A DNA stretch of 64,000 nucleotides from Adineta vaga. Its lineage: Eukaryota > Animalia > Rotifera. The stretch spans positions 806,001-870,000 of the forward strand of contig CP075497.1 of NCBI GenBank assembly GCA_021613535.1, read 5' to 3'. The translations under genes were made by a program, and so were the position numbers. The stretch's first letter is position 1; each line of letters opens with the position of its first letter. Shown one piece after another: positions 25,150 to 37,354 of this stretch. The notes under the pieces are model-generated. The model ran no database searches and was not told where the DNA came from. It saw only the letters and a program-made list of their open reading frames with translations.

Positions 25150-27031
25150 TTAAACTTAACCCGAAACGGCAAGATCAAGTGAAGATTGAAAAAGAACGAA
25201 TTAGACGCAGTTTGATTTCCGGCAAAGATAATAATGACGATGATATATTGAATTTTGATGATGTAACCAACGCCGTTGTAACCGTAGTCAATCCATGTGA
25301 TAATCGAACTGATTTCGAAAAAAATACATCAATTTCTCCAGTACTTGTAGTTAAAAACAATTACTCACCTTAAAGTAGCATCATTGATGGATTTACATTG
25401 AACAAAGAACAAAAAGCTGCATTCTTGATAATAACAAGTCATCTCGATAGTGATAGTCAATGTCGTACAGGTATTTCCATGAAGTAAATCATTACTTCTT
25501 TGATTCAATAATCTATTTTAGGTGACAATAATGGTCAACTCATTATGTGTATACCTGGATGCGCAAACTTGCACCTACTGGAATTGCAGCTGCTAATCGA
25601 TGGTATGACAATTCATTCATTTTTGGGTGAACGACGTAATTCACGAAAGCCACGTACCATCAAACCAGGCGATTCCAAACTTGAAAACGAATGGAGACCT
25701 GTTGAATACCTTTTAATTGATGAAATGAGTATGGTTGGCTTAACATTATTAGGAAAACTCAATAGAATCATCTGTTCTGCCAAACATGTCGATCCTCAAG
25801 TTCCATTTAGTGGTGTAAACATCATTTTCTTTGGTAATTATTTACAATATCGACCAGTCTATGATTCACCATTGCATACTGATTTTTCATTACCATCAAA
25901 AAAGAAACAAGGAAAAATACCATCTGAAAAAGAAATTCAACAGCATGTTTCACGGTCTTTAATTCTTCAAATGAATTGTGTGGTCAAACTTACACAACAG
26001 ATGCTAATAGAAGATACACGATATCTTCAATTACTCGATCGGCTTCGTCATGGACAATGCAATTATGACGATTATGACTTATTGCAAACACGAGTTGTTG
26101 GACAACCATCAATAGAATCTTTACATGATTCACTATGGAACAAAGTAAATCAACTTTTTCATATAAAGAAAGAACTATTTTAATCTTTTTTAGGCTCCTA
26201 TTCTCGCGTTTCGAAATGAAGTTCGCACACAAATAAATAACAAAGCTGCAATTCACAATGCAACACAGATGGGTCATCCACCGATGGCATGTGTTGCTCA
26301 AGATACTTGTAAAGGCAAAGCAATTGAAGATCCAACATTGCGTAAAAAATGATTAGAATTATCTGATAGCAAGACAGAGCATTTACCTGGTCTATTACCT
26401 TTTGTACCAGATATGCCTGTTATTTTAACGCAAAATATTGCTACAGAATTAGGTCTTATCAATGGCATAAATGGAGTATTTCGACAATTAGTATATCACG
26501 AAGATTCGGTATCAACAGGAAATTTATCAGAAATGTTTCCGAATACTACACACTATATTCGTCGACCAATATATGCTTTAATCGAGATTGCTAAATCGAA
26601 GATTGAATGCAAACTTCAAGATCTTCAACCAAAACTTATACCAATTCCACTTATAGAACAAACATTTCAAGTTGACGTTGCTGATCTTATTCCAAAAGAT
26701 AAGAAACCAAAATCAAATCAAAAGACAATTCTATCAATTAAACGATCTGCATTACCGCTTGTACCTGCTTATTGTATTACAACACAAAAGTCAAGGTCAA
26801 ACATTGAGCAAAGTGGTTATTGATTTAAAATTACCAAATGAAACGGATGATATTGCAGCAGTCTACGTGCCATTATCTCGTGTAAAACGTTTGGTCGATT
26901 TAGCTATTCTACGACCATTTGATTATAAAGTTTTGCTGATGAAACCATCTAAATCTCAGGTTAACGAAATGGAAAGACTGGATCAACTGTTTTTGAATAC
27001 GCGATCACGTTTTTCGGAATGGCTTCAATGA
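25150..27031 (+). pseudogene. Helitron/Helentron PIF1-type helicase remnant
   Basis: LNKEQ, LAPTGIAA, TIHS, LIDEMSMV, LVPAYCIT, HKSQGQTL and VYVPLSRV motifs. Walker A segment deleted near 25560; stops at 25371 and 26350; frameshift near 26785; short introns. Confidence 0.9.
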
Positions 27032-27725
27032 ATCATACATTCAATAAGTGAGCTCTTACTGCTTTTATCAATTTGTACAATAGACAATTTGCATTTTCCA
27101 TAAATTTCATTATCTTTCATTGAATTATGGAATTTCTACATTTGAATGTTCTTTAACACCGAGATGATTTTACTTTCTGAATATGTTGTCTATATTTACA
27201 CAGTAATTGATTTTTTTCTGCTCATTTTGCTTTGTTTCTATCAAACAAGTAACGCTCGTCGTGCTGATTCACTCAATCCTCGACTGTGGAGAACAGGTAT
27301 TTCTAGTTAGACCCAATAGTGAAACGAATTGATCCGCCAACTTACCATACGAGAAAACCGCTCCAATCTTACTCCTGAAATGTGTAGTAACCTTCGAAAA
27401 CAAAATAATAACTTTTTCTATAAAACAATCTCGCCCAACACCCCCCACCCACGTCCATACACCCACCCACAGTGTCACCCAACACCCCCACCCCCCTTCA
27501 CAACTCTCTCACTAGACCTAGACCCATCCTACTATCAGTTTTCAACGTTTGCGATCATTTTTTTAAAAAATGTTTTTTTGACCTTCGACCCTGACACAAA
27601 CAAATTTACGACCTATTTTATTTCATATGACCCTCCTTACAGTCGAGTGAACTACATGAAAATAAAAAATAACCGAGCGTCTTTCTAAATGCCATAAACT
27701 AAGACAATGATCAAAATTAATGGGA

Positions 27726-30356
27726 TTACAGGATACAATTATCCAAATTAATAAGTGAAAACAAAATGTATGTATTAATAATATCAGTATTATCTATTTT
27801 CTCATTGTTGATTGGTATCAAAGATGTGTCAAGAGTAATCACTTTGATGTCTGGATAAAGATTGTTTGTTTCCGGATGAAGACTATCGAAAATAAGTTGC
27901 GTAGCATTACCATTCACGAATTTGATGAATTCACAACCAGGATTCAATTGAATACGTACGTACTTTTGTTTTGGATCGTTATGGATATCCATAATTGTTT
28001 TCAAGAAATTTTGTATTTTCTTATTCAATATTTGTAATGGTAATGGAAAGTGTGAATATCCATAATTATCAATTACATGATAATTACATCGTTTAAAATC
28101 ATTTAAAACTTCACTGTTATTCCGATACTTCGTGATATCTAATGTTGTTAAATTATGTTCAGAAGCTAAATTGAGAAAACAATTAAATTGTTCAAAACCT
28201 TTTGGCCATTGCAGAACCGGTTTCATGATTCTTGGAAAACCATTTTTGTTTGGTGGGATTTTAAAAGAATTGATTATTGTTTGTATACTATGCCAATGCA
28301 ATTGTTTATTTGCTTCGCTCGCTAATCGATCAATAACTGGTTTAAGATGATTAGGTATCATTTTTGGAATTAATATATCATAACCGAGTTCTGCAAGCAT
28401 AGGAACCGATACTAAGCGTGGAAGTGGAGATAGACGAAAAGTAAGACCAATATGTGTGCCCATTGTATTGACTACATTTGGTACAGATAAATAACCGATC
28501 ACAGAAAACTCATTTGGTTTTGGTAGATTTCCTTGCATCTTTGAACGATAGTGATATTCTTCAATAATTCCCATTATACCAGGACTGTCGAATGTAACAG
28601 CAAATGAAAGAGTTTGCTGCTTGAATAATGTTTCATTAGCAACAAGAAATTCTGCAATAGCTCCACCTAGTGAATGGCCTGTATGCCATAGAATACCTGT
28701 TCGACCCGTTTCATTTTTATCTCGAATTTCATTAGTGAATTGTCGTGCTATACGAAATTGTTCGGGGGTTTTACGAAGAAATAATTGATAATCAGCCAAA
28801 AGTGAAGCCGTATTGATATCAAAAGTCGTTCCTCGATGGGCAATTACCACTTCGTTTGTTGGTTTATGTTGAACTGCTATACCATAGTAACCACTGTTAT
28901 CTGTATCGTCACGTTCAGCAATAAAAGACCAAGAAGGAAGTAGAGATAAACGACCTTTACAATATGTAACACCACTTAATTCGGCAAATTCCAAATGAGT
29001 TGGCCAAATGTCCATGAATAATCCTGATGATGTTTTCGTAATTTCTCCATATTTTTCATCTTTTTGTGATATTTTTTTATTATAAATCGACTCCAACGTA
29101 TCGAGATAATCAATCTTTATAAAAGGAAGCCATTGGATTTTGCAGTTTTTGTATACTTTATTTCTAGGCGCTTCATCGTCTTCTGCTGTGGCTAATTCCA
29201 CCTCTTTAATAAATTCCTTCTTCTGTATATTTAAATCTTCTTGTGAATATTCACCAAGTATATTTCGTGCACATATAAGATAGTATTTATTATGAAGCTC
29301 AAATTTATTTGGTGTTATTGAACTGCTAAAACTAGCGATGGCTTCCTTATATTTTTCATGATAATACAAGTACAAGCCATGTGCGAGATATAATTTTCCA
29401 AGTGTGTTGCTATGTTGTTTCAAAATAGCTTCATATTTACTCGAAAACTGATTTCTTGATTTATATTTATCGATAAGTTGCAAGAGAGTTTCTGTTGCAT
29501 TCGGATATTGACCACATTTCGACATAAAAACTTCTGTTGCTAGAATCTCTTCAAATGTTGCTTCATCTTTCGGTGTTAAATAACGTAGTGGTGCAATCCA
29601 TTGATATCGATCATACGAAACTGGATTTTCATATTTAAAAATTATTCCTCCTATTATACCTGATAATAGTGAAGTGATTGTGAACCATGTGCACCAAATA
29701 ATGAGAAATCTCATTATTCGATTACCAGATATTTCGATACCAAACAGCTTGAATCCGATTGTATTCTTTGCTAAGACTGTAAATACAACCAAAGTGAGAA
29801 ACATGTCGGACATTTGTATTTTCATAAAATATTCATGGCTGGTCTCTTTGCACCAAGTAAAATTTGTAAAATACCAAATCCAACCAGACCAAAAAAGGGC
29901 AGTCGGCAATAAAAGAGACAAATATATCAATATATTCCAACCAGATCTGAAATTGTCATCTGAGAAGAATGACAACATAAGTGATAGAGGAAAATAGAAG
30001 ATTGAAACCATTGTGATTGCAGGATTATGTTCATTCAATGCACGGCGCACAAAATATATAACCACTCCAAAAAAGACGGTCATCACTAGTAAAAGTATTC
30101 CAACTAAAAAGCGCTTGCAAATGTAAAGTACGCATGCTCCAATAATTATAACCATGTAAATAGCCCAATCTGAGGCTAAATTGAGAGGTATCAGCCATTC
30201 CAGTGAGTTGAACAGAACAATAAAAATAAGTAAAGGAAAGGTGGCAGGTAATCTTTCTACTTCATTAAGTTTAATTTTACGTTTATAATGATATACGGCT
30301 GCACATGAACTAGAGACGATTGAACAGACACAGAGCCCTGTTCCTATATATATCAT
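27726..30356 (-). CDS. Intronless multi-pass membrane protein with a TPR-like linker and class-3 lipase (alpha/beta hydrolase) domain
   Basis: 876-aa ORF: hydrophobic helices in the first about 240 aa, then VVIAHRGT, HTGHSLGGAIA, FDSPG and a distal WHSI. Confidence 0.85.
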   Translation of the reverse strand: MIYIGTGLCVCSIVSSSCAAVYHYKRKIKLNEVERLPATFPLLIFIVLFNSLEWLIPLNLASDWAIYMVIIIGACVLYICKRFLVGILLLVMTVFFGVVIYFVRRALNEHNPAITMVSIFYFPLSLMLSFFSDDNFRSGWNILIYLSLLLPTALFWSGWIWYFTNFTWCKETSHEYFMKIQMSDMFLTLVVFTVLAKNTIGFKLFGIEISGNRIMRFLIIWCTWFTITSLLSGIIGGIIFKYENPVSYDRYQWIAPLRYLTPKDEATFEEILATEVFMSKCGQYPNATETLLQLIDKYKSRNQFSSKYEAILKQHSNTLGKLYLAHGLYLYYHEKYKEAIASFSSSITPNKFELHNKYYLICARNILGEYSQEDLNIQKKEFIKEVELATAEDDEAPRNKVYKNCKIQWLPFIKIDYLDTLESIYNKKISQKDEKYGEITKTSSGLFMDIWPTHLEFAELSGVTYCKGRLSLLPSWSFIAERDDTDNSGYYGIAVQHKPTNEVVIAHRGTTFDINTASLLADYQLFLRKTPEQFRIARQFTNEIRDKNETGRTGILWHTGHSLGGAIAEFLVANETLFKQQTLSFAVTFDSPGIMGIIEEYHYRSKMQGNLPKPNEFSVIGYLSVPNVVNTMGTHIGLTFRLSPLPRLVSVPMLAELGYDILIPKMIPNHLKPVIDRLASEANKQLHWHSIQTIINSFKIPPNKNGFPRIMKPVLQWPKGFEQFNCFLNLASEHNLTTLDITKYRNNSEVLNDFKRCNYHVIDNYGYSHFPLPLQILNKKIQNFLKTIMDIHNDPKQKYVRIQLNPGCEFIKFVNGNATQLIFDSLHPETNNLYPDIKVITLDTSLIPINNEKIDNTDIINTYILFSLINLDNCIL

Positions 30357-30846
30357 TGATCTTCAAACAGAATAAATAATAATTATTAATAATTTTAAGA
30401 CTATTCAGATGAAATTATTGATATACGTGGCAAAATGAATATGAATGTTCATCGTTATATAAACTAGGAATGCAATAGAGACGGTCACCGTCTACTGGTG
30501 CCACCAGTTACTGGTGAATCAGTCAATACACTAGAAAACTAGGATAACAACTAAGTTTATTCATTATCTGGAGGTATTGATATTGAAAAGACACGGTCGT
30601 GTTAATAAACTGACTCACTATGCATACTCTGTAAAAAAAAAGAGGTGCCATACTGAACTACAAAGGTCCTAGATTTAGGTACCATTTAGAGAACCTTTTA
30701 ATACTCCAGCGTAATCCGGTTTTATCCAAAACTTTTTTCGATTTCTGTAGAAATGGTTTTCACTCTCTAGAAAACAGCTCGCTTCAGTCGCTTTAATATT
30801 ACCTTCCACTGTCTATTAGTTCTATATCTGATTACTTATATTTCTC

Positions 30847-30980
30847 GAGGGTGTGGGTGGGTGAGCGTGTGTGGGTGTGAATGTGTGTATATCATCGTCA
30901 CTTTCATATGCATTCTCACACATAGCCATAGCCACAGCCACAGCCACAGCCACACCACACCCACCCACACCCACACCCTC
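30847..30980. repeat. Hairpin element with telomere-like arms (GAGGGTGTGGG...CCCACACCCTC)
   Basis: Inverted G-rich and C-rich hexamer arms with an internal (AGCCAC)n run. Confidence 0.8.
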
Positions 30981-30982
30981 AA

Positions 30983-31211
30983 TTGCTTGCGAACTTGTGT
31001 TGGGCCTAAAACTGGTTGTGTTGAACTCAGAGTTTCATTCTGTATCGAGTGATGTAAGTCTCGAGGGGTATCATCGCAGGCAAGAATCTGAGTGTGGGTA
31101 TGATAATCTTTTGTCTCGATAGTTTATGTAGAAAACTACATAATTCGATAGAGAATAAAATTCTGAGTTCAACACAACCATTTTTAGACTCAGCACAAGT
31201 TCTCAAGCGAA
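30983..31211. mobile_element. MITE with about 65-bp imperfect TIRs
   Basis: ttgcttgcgaacttgtg...tgtgttgaactcaga pairs with tctgagttcaacaca...cacaagttctcaagcg. Confidence 0.75.
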
Positions 31212-31330
31212 TCCGGACAAGAAATACTCGAATATGGTGCTAACTTTACTGAGGTACTCAAACCACCTATAAGCGAAGGAAAATATAATCAAAAAGACGT
31301 TGAATTGAATCATATTCAGAGGATGCTTCC

Positions 31331-32033
31331 TATTCCAAAAAGTATCACATTCCTGCATTTCGTGCAATTGCATATCCAGCTTGAATAGTTAAAAGATCAT
31401 CATCGAGATTTGAAGAATTGCACACGGAATTCCTGCATTTCCTGCAATTCCTACACATTCCTGCAATTCCGGCAATTGCATGACCAGCTAGAAGAGCTAA
31501 ATGACGATGCGTCGAGCTTTAAATATTCGCACGCGGAGGTCTCGATTTTTGCTTTTGAGGCTGTATGGGAGATGTTGTTAAGTTAAGGTGAATGATATTG
31601 TCTAATAGGTGCAGATATGCGGAATGGAAGGGTTTAGAAATCGGTTGGGTAGAGTTTGTTTGGTGGATTAATGACTTAAGTCGTTTTTGTGAGTGTTATG
31701 AGCAGGGTATGCTCTTCCTACTGAGCAGACTCTCCGTCACACCCTCACTTTGTGATTTGCCCACTGTGCACACCCTCACCCTAGATTTCTAGGCCGATCA
31801 TTTAGTTCTTCTAGTTAAATATGCAATTGCAGGAAATGCAGGAATTCCGTGTGCAATTCTTCAAATCTCGATGATGATCTTTTAACTATTCAAGCTGGAT
31901 ATGCAATTGCAGGAAATGCTGCAAAGTGCAGGAATTCCGCGTGCAATTCAATAGATTTCTCGGCTGATTATTTAGTTATTCCAGTTAAATATGCAATTGC
32001 AGGAAATGCAGGAATATGGTACTTTTGGGAATA
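31331..32033. mobile_element. Foldback element with TIRs and 9-bp subterminal repeats (TCCTGCAWT)
   Basis: 31345-31450 is mirrored at 31820-31920. Termini tattccaaaaagta / tacttttgggaata. Confidence 0.8.
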
Positions 32034-32627
32034 GAATGACTGCTCATTTTTGGTCGTTTAAAACAGTTTAGTGTTGTCACAGAATTTCGTAGCAAACAAT
32101 ACTTCAGTATAAAACTATTTTCGAATGCCTAGAACCATTACATATAAGTTAGCGATCGTTATGCAGATCAATGGTGTCAGATAGAGCCATTTAAAATTTT
32201 CGAAACAGTTTTTTATTACTAATGGTTCTTAATAAAAGATATATTGATCACATCTTGAGAGTATTTTAGTGTATCGCTTTTTAACCTATCTAACACTGTT
32301 TGATGGTTCGTGAGCAAACGAGTACAACTTTAAAAGGTTTTGAATCTATGCGAAAATCTAAAATAGTTCTGTGCAACGCAGTTTTTTACAGACTAGTTTA
32401 TCAATTCTCACTTTTACATTCTTACCCATGCCTTAGGTAGATAGGTGGATAGAGAGAGGGATCGATAGAATAAACTTCTTTCATTTAATACAATTGAGAG
32501 GATGTGAAATATGATAAAAGAGAAAGCATTTAAAACCAAGCTTTTGAGTTTATCTTATTGGGTTGTTCGTGATTGTTAATCTAAAATCATCGAAAAAGGG
32601 TCAGTTTTTTTTCTTTTGTAAGCATTG

Positions 32628-32921
32628 TTATTCGTGCAGCATTAGTGGTGACAGAGGCCTAGCACGTTGCTCGACACGAACCATAAATCCGACTTGAAGT
32701 TCTATCAGCTTTTGTTCTGCCAATGCGACCAACTCCGGTGGACCTCGAAAATAAATGCCAACTCCGACAACAGCTACAAGACTAAAACTGATTATCATAC
32801 GTCTAATGGTTCCATCATGGTTCAATTCGACAGTTAATGATTGGAAAAAACCAATGTTCTTCTTTTTTTCTAGTGCTTGTAGCACTGACGACTCGATGTT
32901 CGCATTTATGAAGCTATCCAT
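32628..32921 (-). CDS. Small hypothetical protein with one TM segment
   Basis: About 97-codon ORF, more GC-balanced than its flanks, containing IISFSLVAVVGVGIYF. No family recognised. Confidence 0.3.
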   Translation of the reverse strand: MDSFINANIESSVLQALEKKKNIGFFQSLTVELNHDGTIRRMIISFSLVAVVGVGIYFRGPPELVALAEQKLIELQVGFMVRVEQRARPLSPLMLHE

Positions 32922-33576
32922 GGATATATTTATAATATTGAATCTGAAATTTAACTTTATTTTAAACAAAGGAGCGGACGGATGAGCCCAAGAATTAGTC
33001 CATCTACATTTTTCCTATTAACTCCTTATGAATTTTATACCATAAGAAAGAGCTTGTGAATATGAGCTATTTGATATCAAATTGCTGGGATTTCGATCCA
33101 TTTTTGGATAAGTATAGCCACCCACAAAAAACGTCATTTTTTGACAACTTATTAAGAATTTTTATTTTTATTGGAAACTCTAATTTATAGGCAAAATGCA
33201 AGATAAAATAACAGTTGGCGTAGTATTAGCACCAGGGGTGAGCTGAGCCCTCTAAAATGAAAATCCTGGTACCGCCTGTAACCTAGTCAGTGATTTGCAT
33301 GGTCCTTGATCAGTGCTTTAATTCTATGTATGAATCGTTGGTACACCATTTATTTTCATAAGACAAAAACCCGATAGAATGACTGGTACTATACGAATAT
33401 TTGCTATATGTCTGTTTTCTACTTTTCTTACAAGAGATATTTGAATAGAAAATTCGAAGCTACCAAGATTCTCATTCAGCACGTTTGATAGCCCGCGAAA
33501 AGAGTCACTATTTTACCAAAACGGATGCCGGATTCGAATCTGACATGCGTTTTGGTATAAAAATGACTCTTTATGA

Positions 33577-34947
33577 CAGAGACTGGTGGTATCAGTACCG
33601 TACTGGGACGAGACGGTATAAAAAAAAAAGAAGTAGGGCAGTACGGTATACGGTATGGAAGGACTATACCGCACTGCCGCGTCTCCATCAGAGGGAGCCT
33701 TCTAACTATTATTTTCGAAGACATCTATTATATTATTTTCATTCGCGTTATATATTGAAAGAGCTTTAGCAAAGCTAATCATGTCCCAGTCTCTTATCCG
33801 CATCTGTTTGAATTTCTTATCATTTTATTGATAATGAACTACACTTAATTATACCCCAGAAAATCATATAAAGATGTTTAAGAGACATTGTCATTGTCGT
33901 GTATTAACGACCAGTTGATGTCAACAATTGCTGCAAGAGAACGGGTTTATCACTTGCTTTTTTTCTCGTGAATGTTATTGTTAAATGAAAAGTGCAATCG
34001 TCAAACGATTCAACATTTTTTAGAACCTAATGAGACTTGAAATATTATTCTCAAAAATCAAAATTACGAAAACGCATGCAATTATTTGCTAATAATCATT
34101 TGATTTTCTGTGAGGCTCGATATACATGGTATTTCTGCAAAAAATATCGACTTTTACTTCACAGAAGAACTGCTTTACAAGGAGTTCGTATATTTCATGT
34201 AGCACTATGCTTCTTAATAAACATAACTGCGAATCGTCTGATCGAAAAACTATCTAATTTTACTTTCATCTGAGACCTCATCATTTTCGAAAAATTTGAT
34301 TGCTGTACATAATCATCCGAACACTGTTTAATACGTTAATTCGCATTCCTAAGAAAGAAAAGATCGATTAGTTCAAAAAATATATAAAAATGTTCAATCA
34401 TTTACTATGATAATGGTTTCGCGGTCAGATATTGGCAAGTCAACGGCTTTTTGACCCAAGCCAAGTAAAAATCGATAGGGTGTGGGTGTGGTTGTAGATG
34501 ATAAGCTAGTCCTCACCTTCATCAACACCCACACCCACACCCACACCCTAGTTTATTCTATTGTTCTTAGTTCAAAACTTTATATAGTTTTACTCTCGGA
34601 ATTAGTACTGGAGTACATGAAACATTTGTGTATATTTATATGGTTCTGAACTTGACTTGTCCATGTTTTGTTTCCGTAAAACTGCGCAACGTTGTATATA
34701 AATTGATAAATTTATGTGTTCTTGACATTCTTTCTTACGTATGCGCTGATAATTTATTTTATATTTTGTTGTCAGCATCCACTGGAAAAGTATTCTCTAT
34801 ATGATTCAATAACTCAATAAAACAGATCATAACGGCTTCGGAGAAAACATATAAGAAATTTTCTGGAGGTACGGTACGGTATGATGCGAGTGAAAGCGGT
34901 ACACGGTACGAGACGGTATCAAATTTTTGCAATACCGCCGGTCTCTG
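33577..34947. mobile_element. Non-autonomous hAT element nested in the 2.5-kb element
   Basis: TIR cagagactggtggtat / ataccgccggtctctg; 8-bp TSD ctttatga / ctttatgc; (ACGGT)-type subterminal repeats. Confidence 0.85.
34476..34550. repeat. TA-bounded telomere-like hairpin (TAGGGTGTGGG...CCCACACCCTA)
   Basis: Directly visible; nested inside the hAT element. Confidence 0.8.
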
Positions 34948-36170
34948 CTTTATGCTAAAGTGTGCAGAAGAAGAGCGAAAAAAGTAGCAAAGTAGCGGTA
35001 TTAAAAATGTGAAACACGATGAAACTACCGGGATTTCAATAATAGGGATTTTTGTTGATTATTTTTTGCGTCATAAATAGATTAGTATAGATTCAATACG
35101 ATTTTTTCGTAATTTATCTGATTTTATATCCACACAGAGTTTTTCAGCATATTAGAGACCCTCTTTCTGGATACTAAAGATAAGGATGGTTCTGATTATT
35201 TGTATCTCGAGAGTACGACGAGGTAGACAGTCTGTCGGTCACGTCTGTGGGAAGGGGGAAGGGCGTACAAACTTCTGCCCTTAAACACTTCAACACTCTC
35301 TTTCAGGTCGTGTTTCACAAAATGGATCGAAATCCCAGCAATTTGATATCAAATTGCTCATCTTCACAAGCTTTTTCTTATGGTATAAAATTCATAAGGA
35401 GTTAATAGGAAAAATGTAGATGGACTAATTCTTGGGCTCATCCGTCCGCTCCTTTCGATTAATTACCCACATAGGAAAAGGATAAAAACCACGATTAATA
35501 TAAATCGCTGACAGTCGCAGTTATTTCTGGAGGATTGTTATCCATTCCTTGGAATAACTAATTTTATTTCCACTATAGAAGATTGGAGAAAGTACCCTTA
35601 GGCGGGCATTTTAGGAGCCCTAATTTGTCTTAATAAACTCGTAAGCCAGTTTCCAGCGGTAGAGATGCACAAGATAATTCCTTGCAAATACTTACTAGAT
35701 AAGAGGACACGAGATCTTTGTAGTTCTCACACATTAAATTTTTATTCGATGCACTGTGGTATCAGAAAATCGCGATTAATAGTGGCGATACACTGAACAA
35801 AATAAGGGTTTATAAGTTTCCAACGTATAATAAACCTTTTTTCCGTTTATCAACTACCTGATAAACGAATAAAAGGTTTATGCTTTGGTCACAAACGGTT
35901 TAAAGAGGGTTAATTATACGTTGCAATTTCATAAAAGATTTTACCGTTTCTCATTTTTTGGATATTTTCAGTGTATAGGCCCTTGTGACGGCACTATCCT
36001 TGCCATCTCTATTTCCTCTTTTCTTCTCTTATGTGCTTATGCTCTCTTTATTGATTATTGTCTATTATTTCTTAATATTATTTGTTATCTATTGATTGTT
36101 AGCACGCTATTCATTATTTATTCTTCTTCTTCTTCTACACATATGTATCTTTATTGTTATCGCTGACTGT

Positions 36171-36241
36171 TAGTGGCGTAACCAGAAATTCACGAGTGAA
36201 TGGGCGCCGCCTGCCCATGCCCTACCCTGGTTACGCCACTA
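36171..36241. mobile_element. 71-bp hAT MITE
   Basis: 15-bp perfect TIR tagtggcgtaaccag; perfect 8-bp TSD ctgactgt. Confidence 0.95.
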
Positions 36242-36514
36242 CTGACTGTTATTTTCAGTCTCTGTAGTATTTCTGATTTTAATTATATATAAATACATAT
36301 TTAGTGGGTTCATTTTATCCACCATTTATTCAACATCATTTCTTATTTCCCATATTACTGTGGCACCTGGGATAACATCTTCTTGCTTCTCACCCTTCCT
36401 ACATAATAAAAGTCCACTCTACATATAAACTAAGTATCAATGTTCTAGTTTTCCAGATATAATAGAAGCCCATCAAATTTATACAGGTCGTTAAAGGGAA
36501 GCAAATAATGGTAC

Positions 36515-37018
36515 CTTGAGCCTAGTATAATCCTAAAAGGATTTGGGCCGCTAGGCCCTTGGAACCGAGTTATATGGATTTTACTGAATTTTGGGCAGTT
36601 GGGAGTGAGGGTGAGCAAAAAGTCACACATAGGGATTTTGAGCTGAAATTTTTACCACAAGTAGCCTCAATCGTCATTAGAATATCCTGAAAGTTTCAAT
36701 TTGAAATATTGTTTCCTCGCTGAGATATTGAATTTTCAAATCAATCGCCATTGCGCATTTCGTTTTGAAAGGGCCCGGAAAAACAAGCATTTGTTCCATA
36801 TCTAATATCTCAGCGAGGAAACAATATTTCAAATTGAAACTTTCAGGATATTCTAATGACGATTGAGGCTACTTGTGGTAAAAATTTCAGCTCAAAGTCT
36901 CTATGTGTGACTTTTTACTCACCCTCACCCCCAACTGCCCAAAATTCAGTAAAACCCATATAACTCGGTTCCAAGGGCCTAGCGGCCCAAATCCTTTTAG
37001 GATTATACTAGGCTCAAG
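36515..37018. repeat. Long palindrome with about 215-bp arms and about 70-bp spacer
   Basis: cttgagcctagtataatcc...gctgagatatt is mirrored by aatatctcagc...ggattatactaggctcaag with few mismatches. Confidence 0.9.
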
Positions 37019-37354
37019 AATCCCCGCATATACCTAAGCTATCAGCTCCAAATCGATTGGACAATTGGGACGACTCACTCGTCAGTAAGCTTTTATTCTG
37101 GGAGGGGTTTCATGCATATAGAAATAGAAAAAAAAACCAATGCCTAGTGTCATACAACGTTTGTAGACTGCTGTTCACAAAAACCATATTTTTTTAAGGT
37201 AGGCCAATCTTTTCGGTCGGATCTACCCTGCAAACAGGCCAGTATATCTCCAGGACGGATCAGGCCAGAACAGGAGCTTGGCCTAGTGAGCAGCTCTGTT
37301 CCGAGTCTTTTAGTCTGGAGAGGAGTTTATTAACAAACATTTTAAGGATATATG

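Larger units (their letters stand above)
32968..35456. mobile_element. 2.5-kb non-autonomous element with about 135-bp TIRs, hosting nested insertions
   Basis: aaaggagcggacggatgagcccaag...gatccatttt (32968-33104) is the near-perfect reverse complement of 35318-35456. Confidence 0.85.

Noticed and set aside
31345-32015. Repeated TGCAATTGCAGGAAATGC units as a CRISPR array
   Set aside because: Irregular spacing, inverted arrangement, no unique spacers or cas genes, and eukaryotic context; these are TE subterminal repeats.
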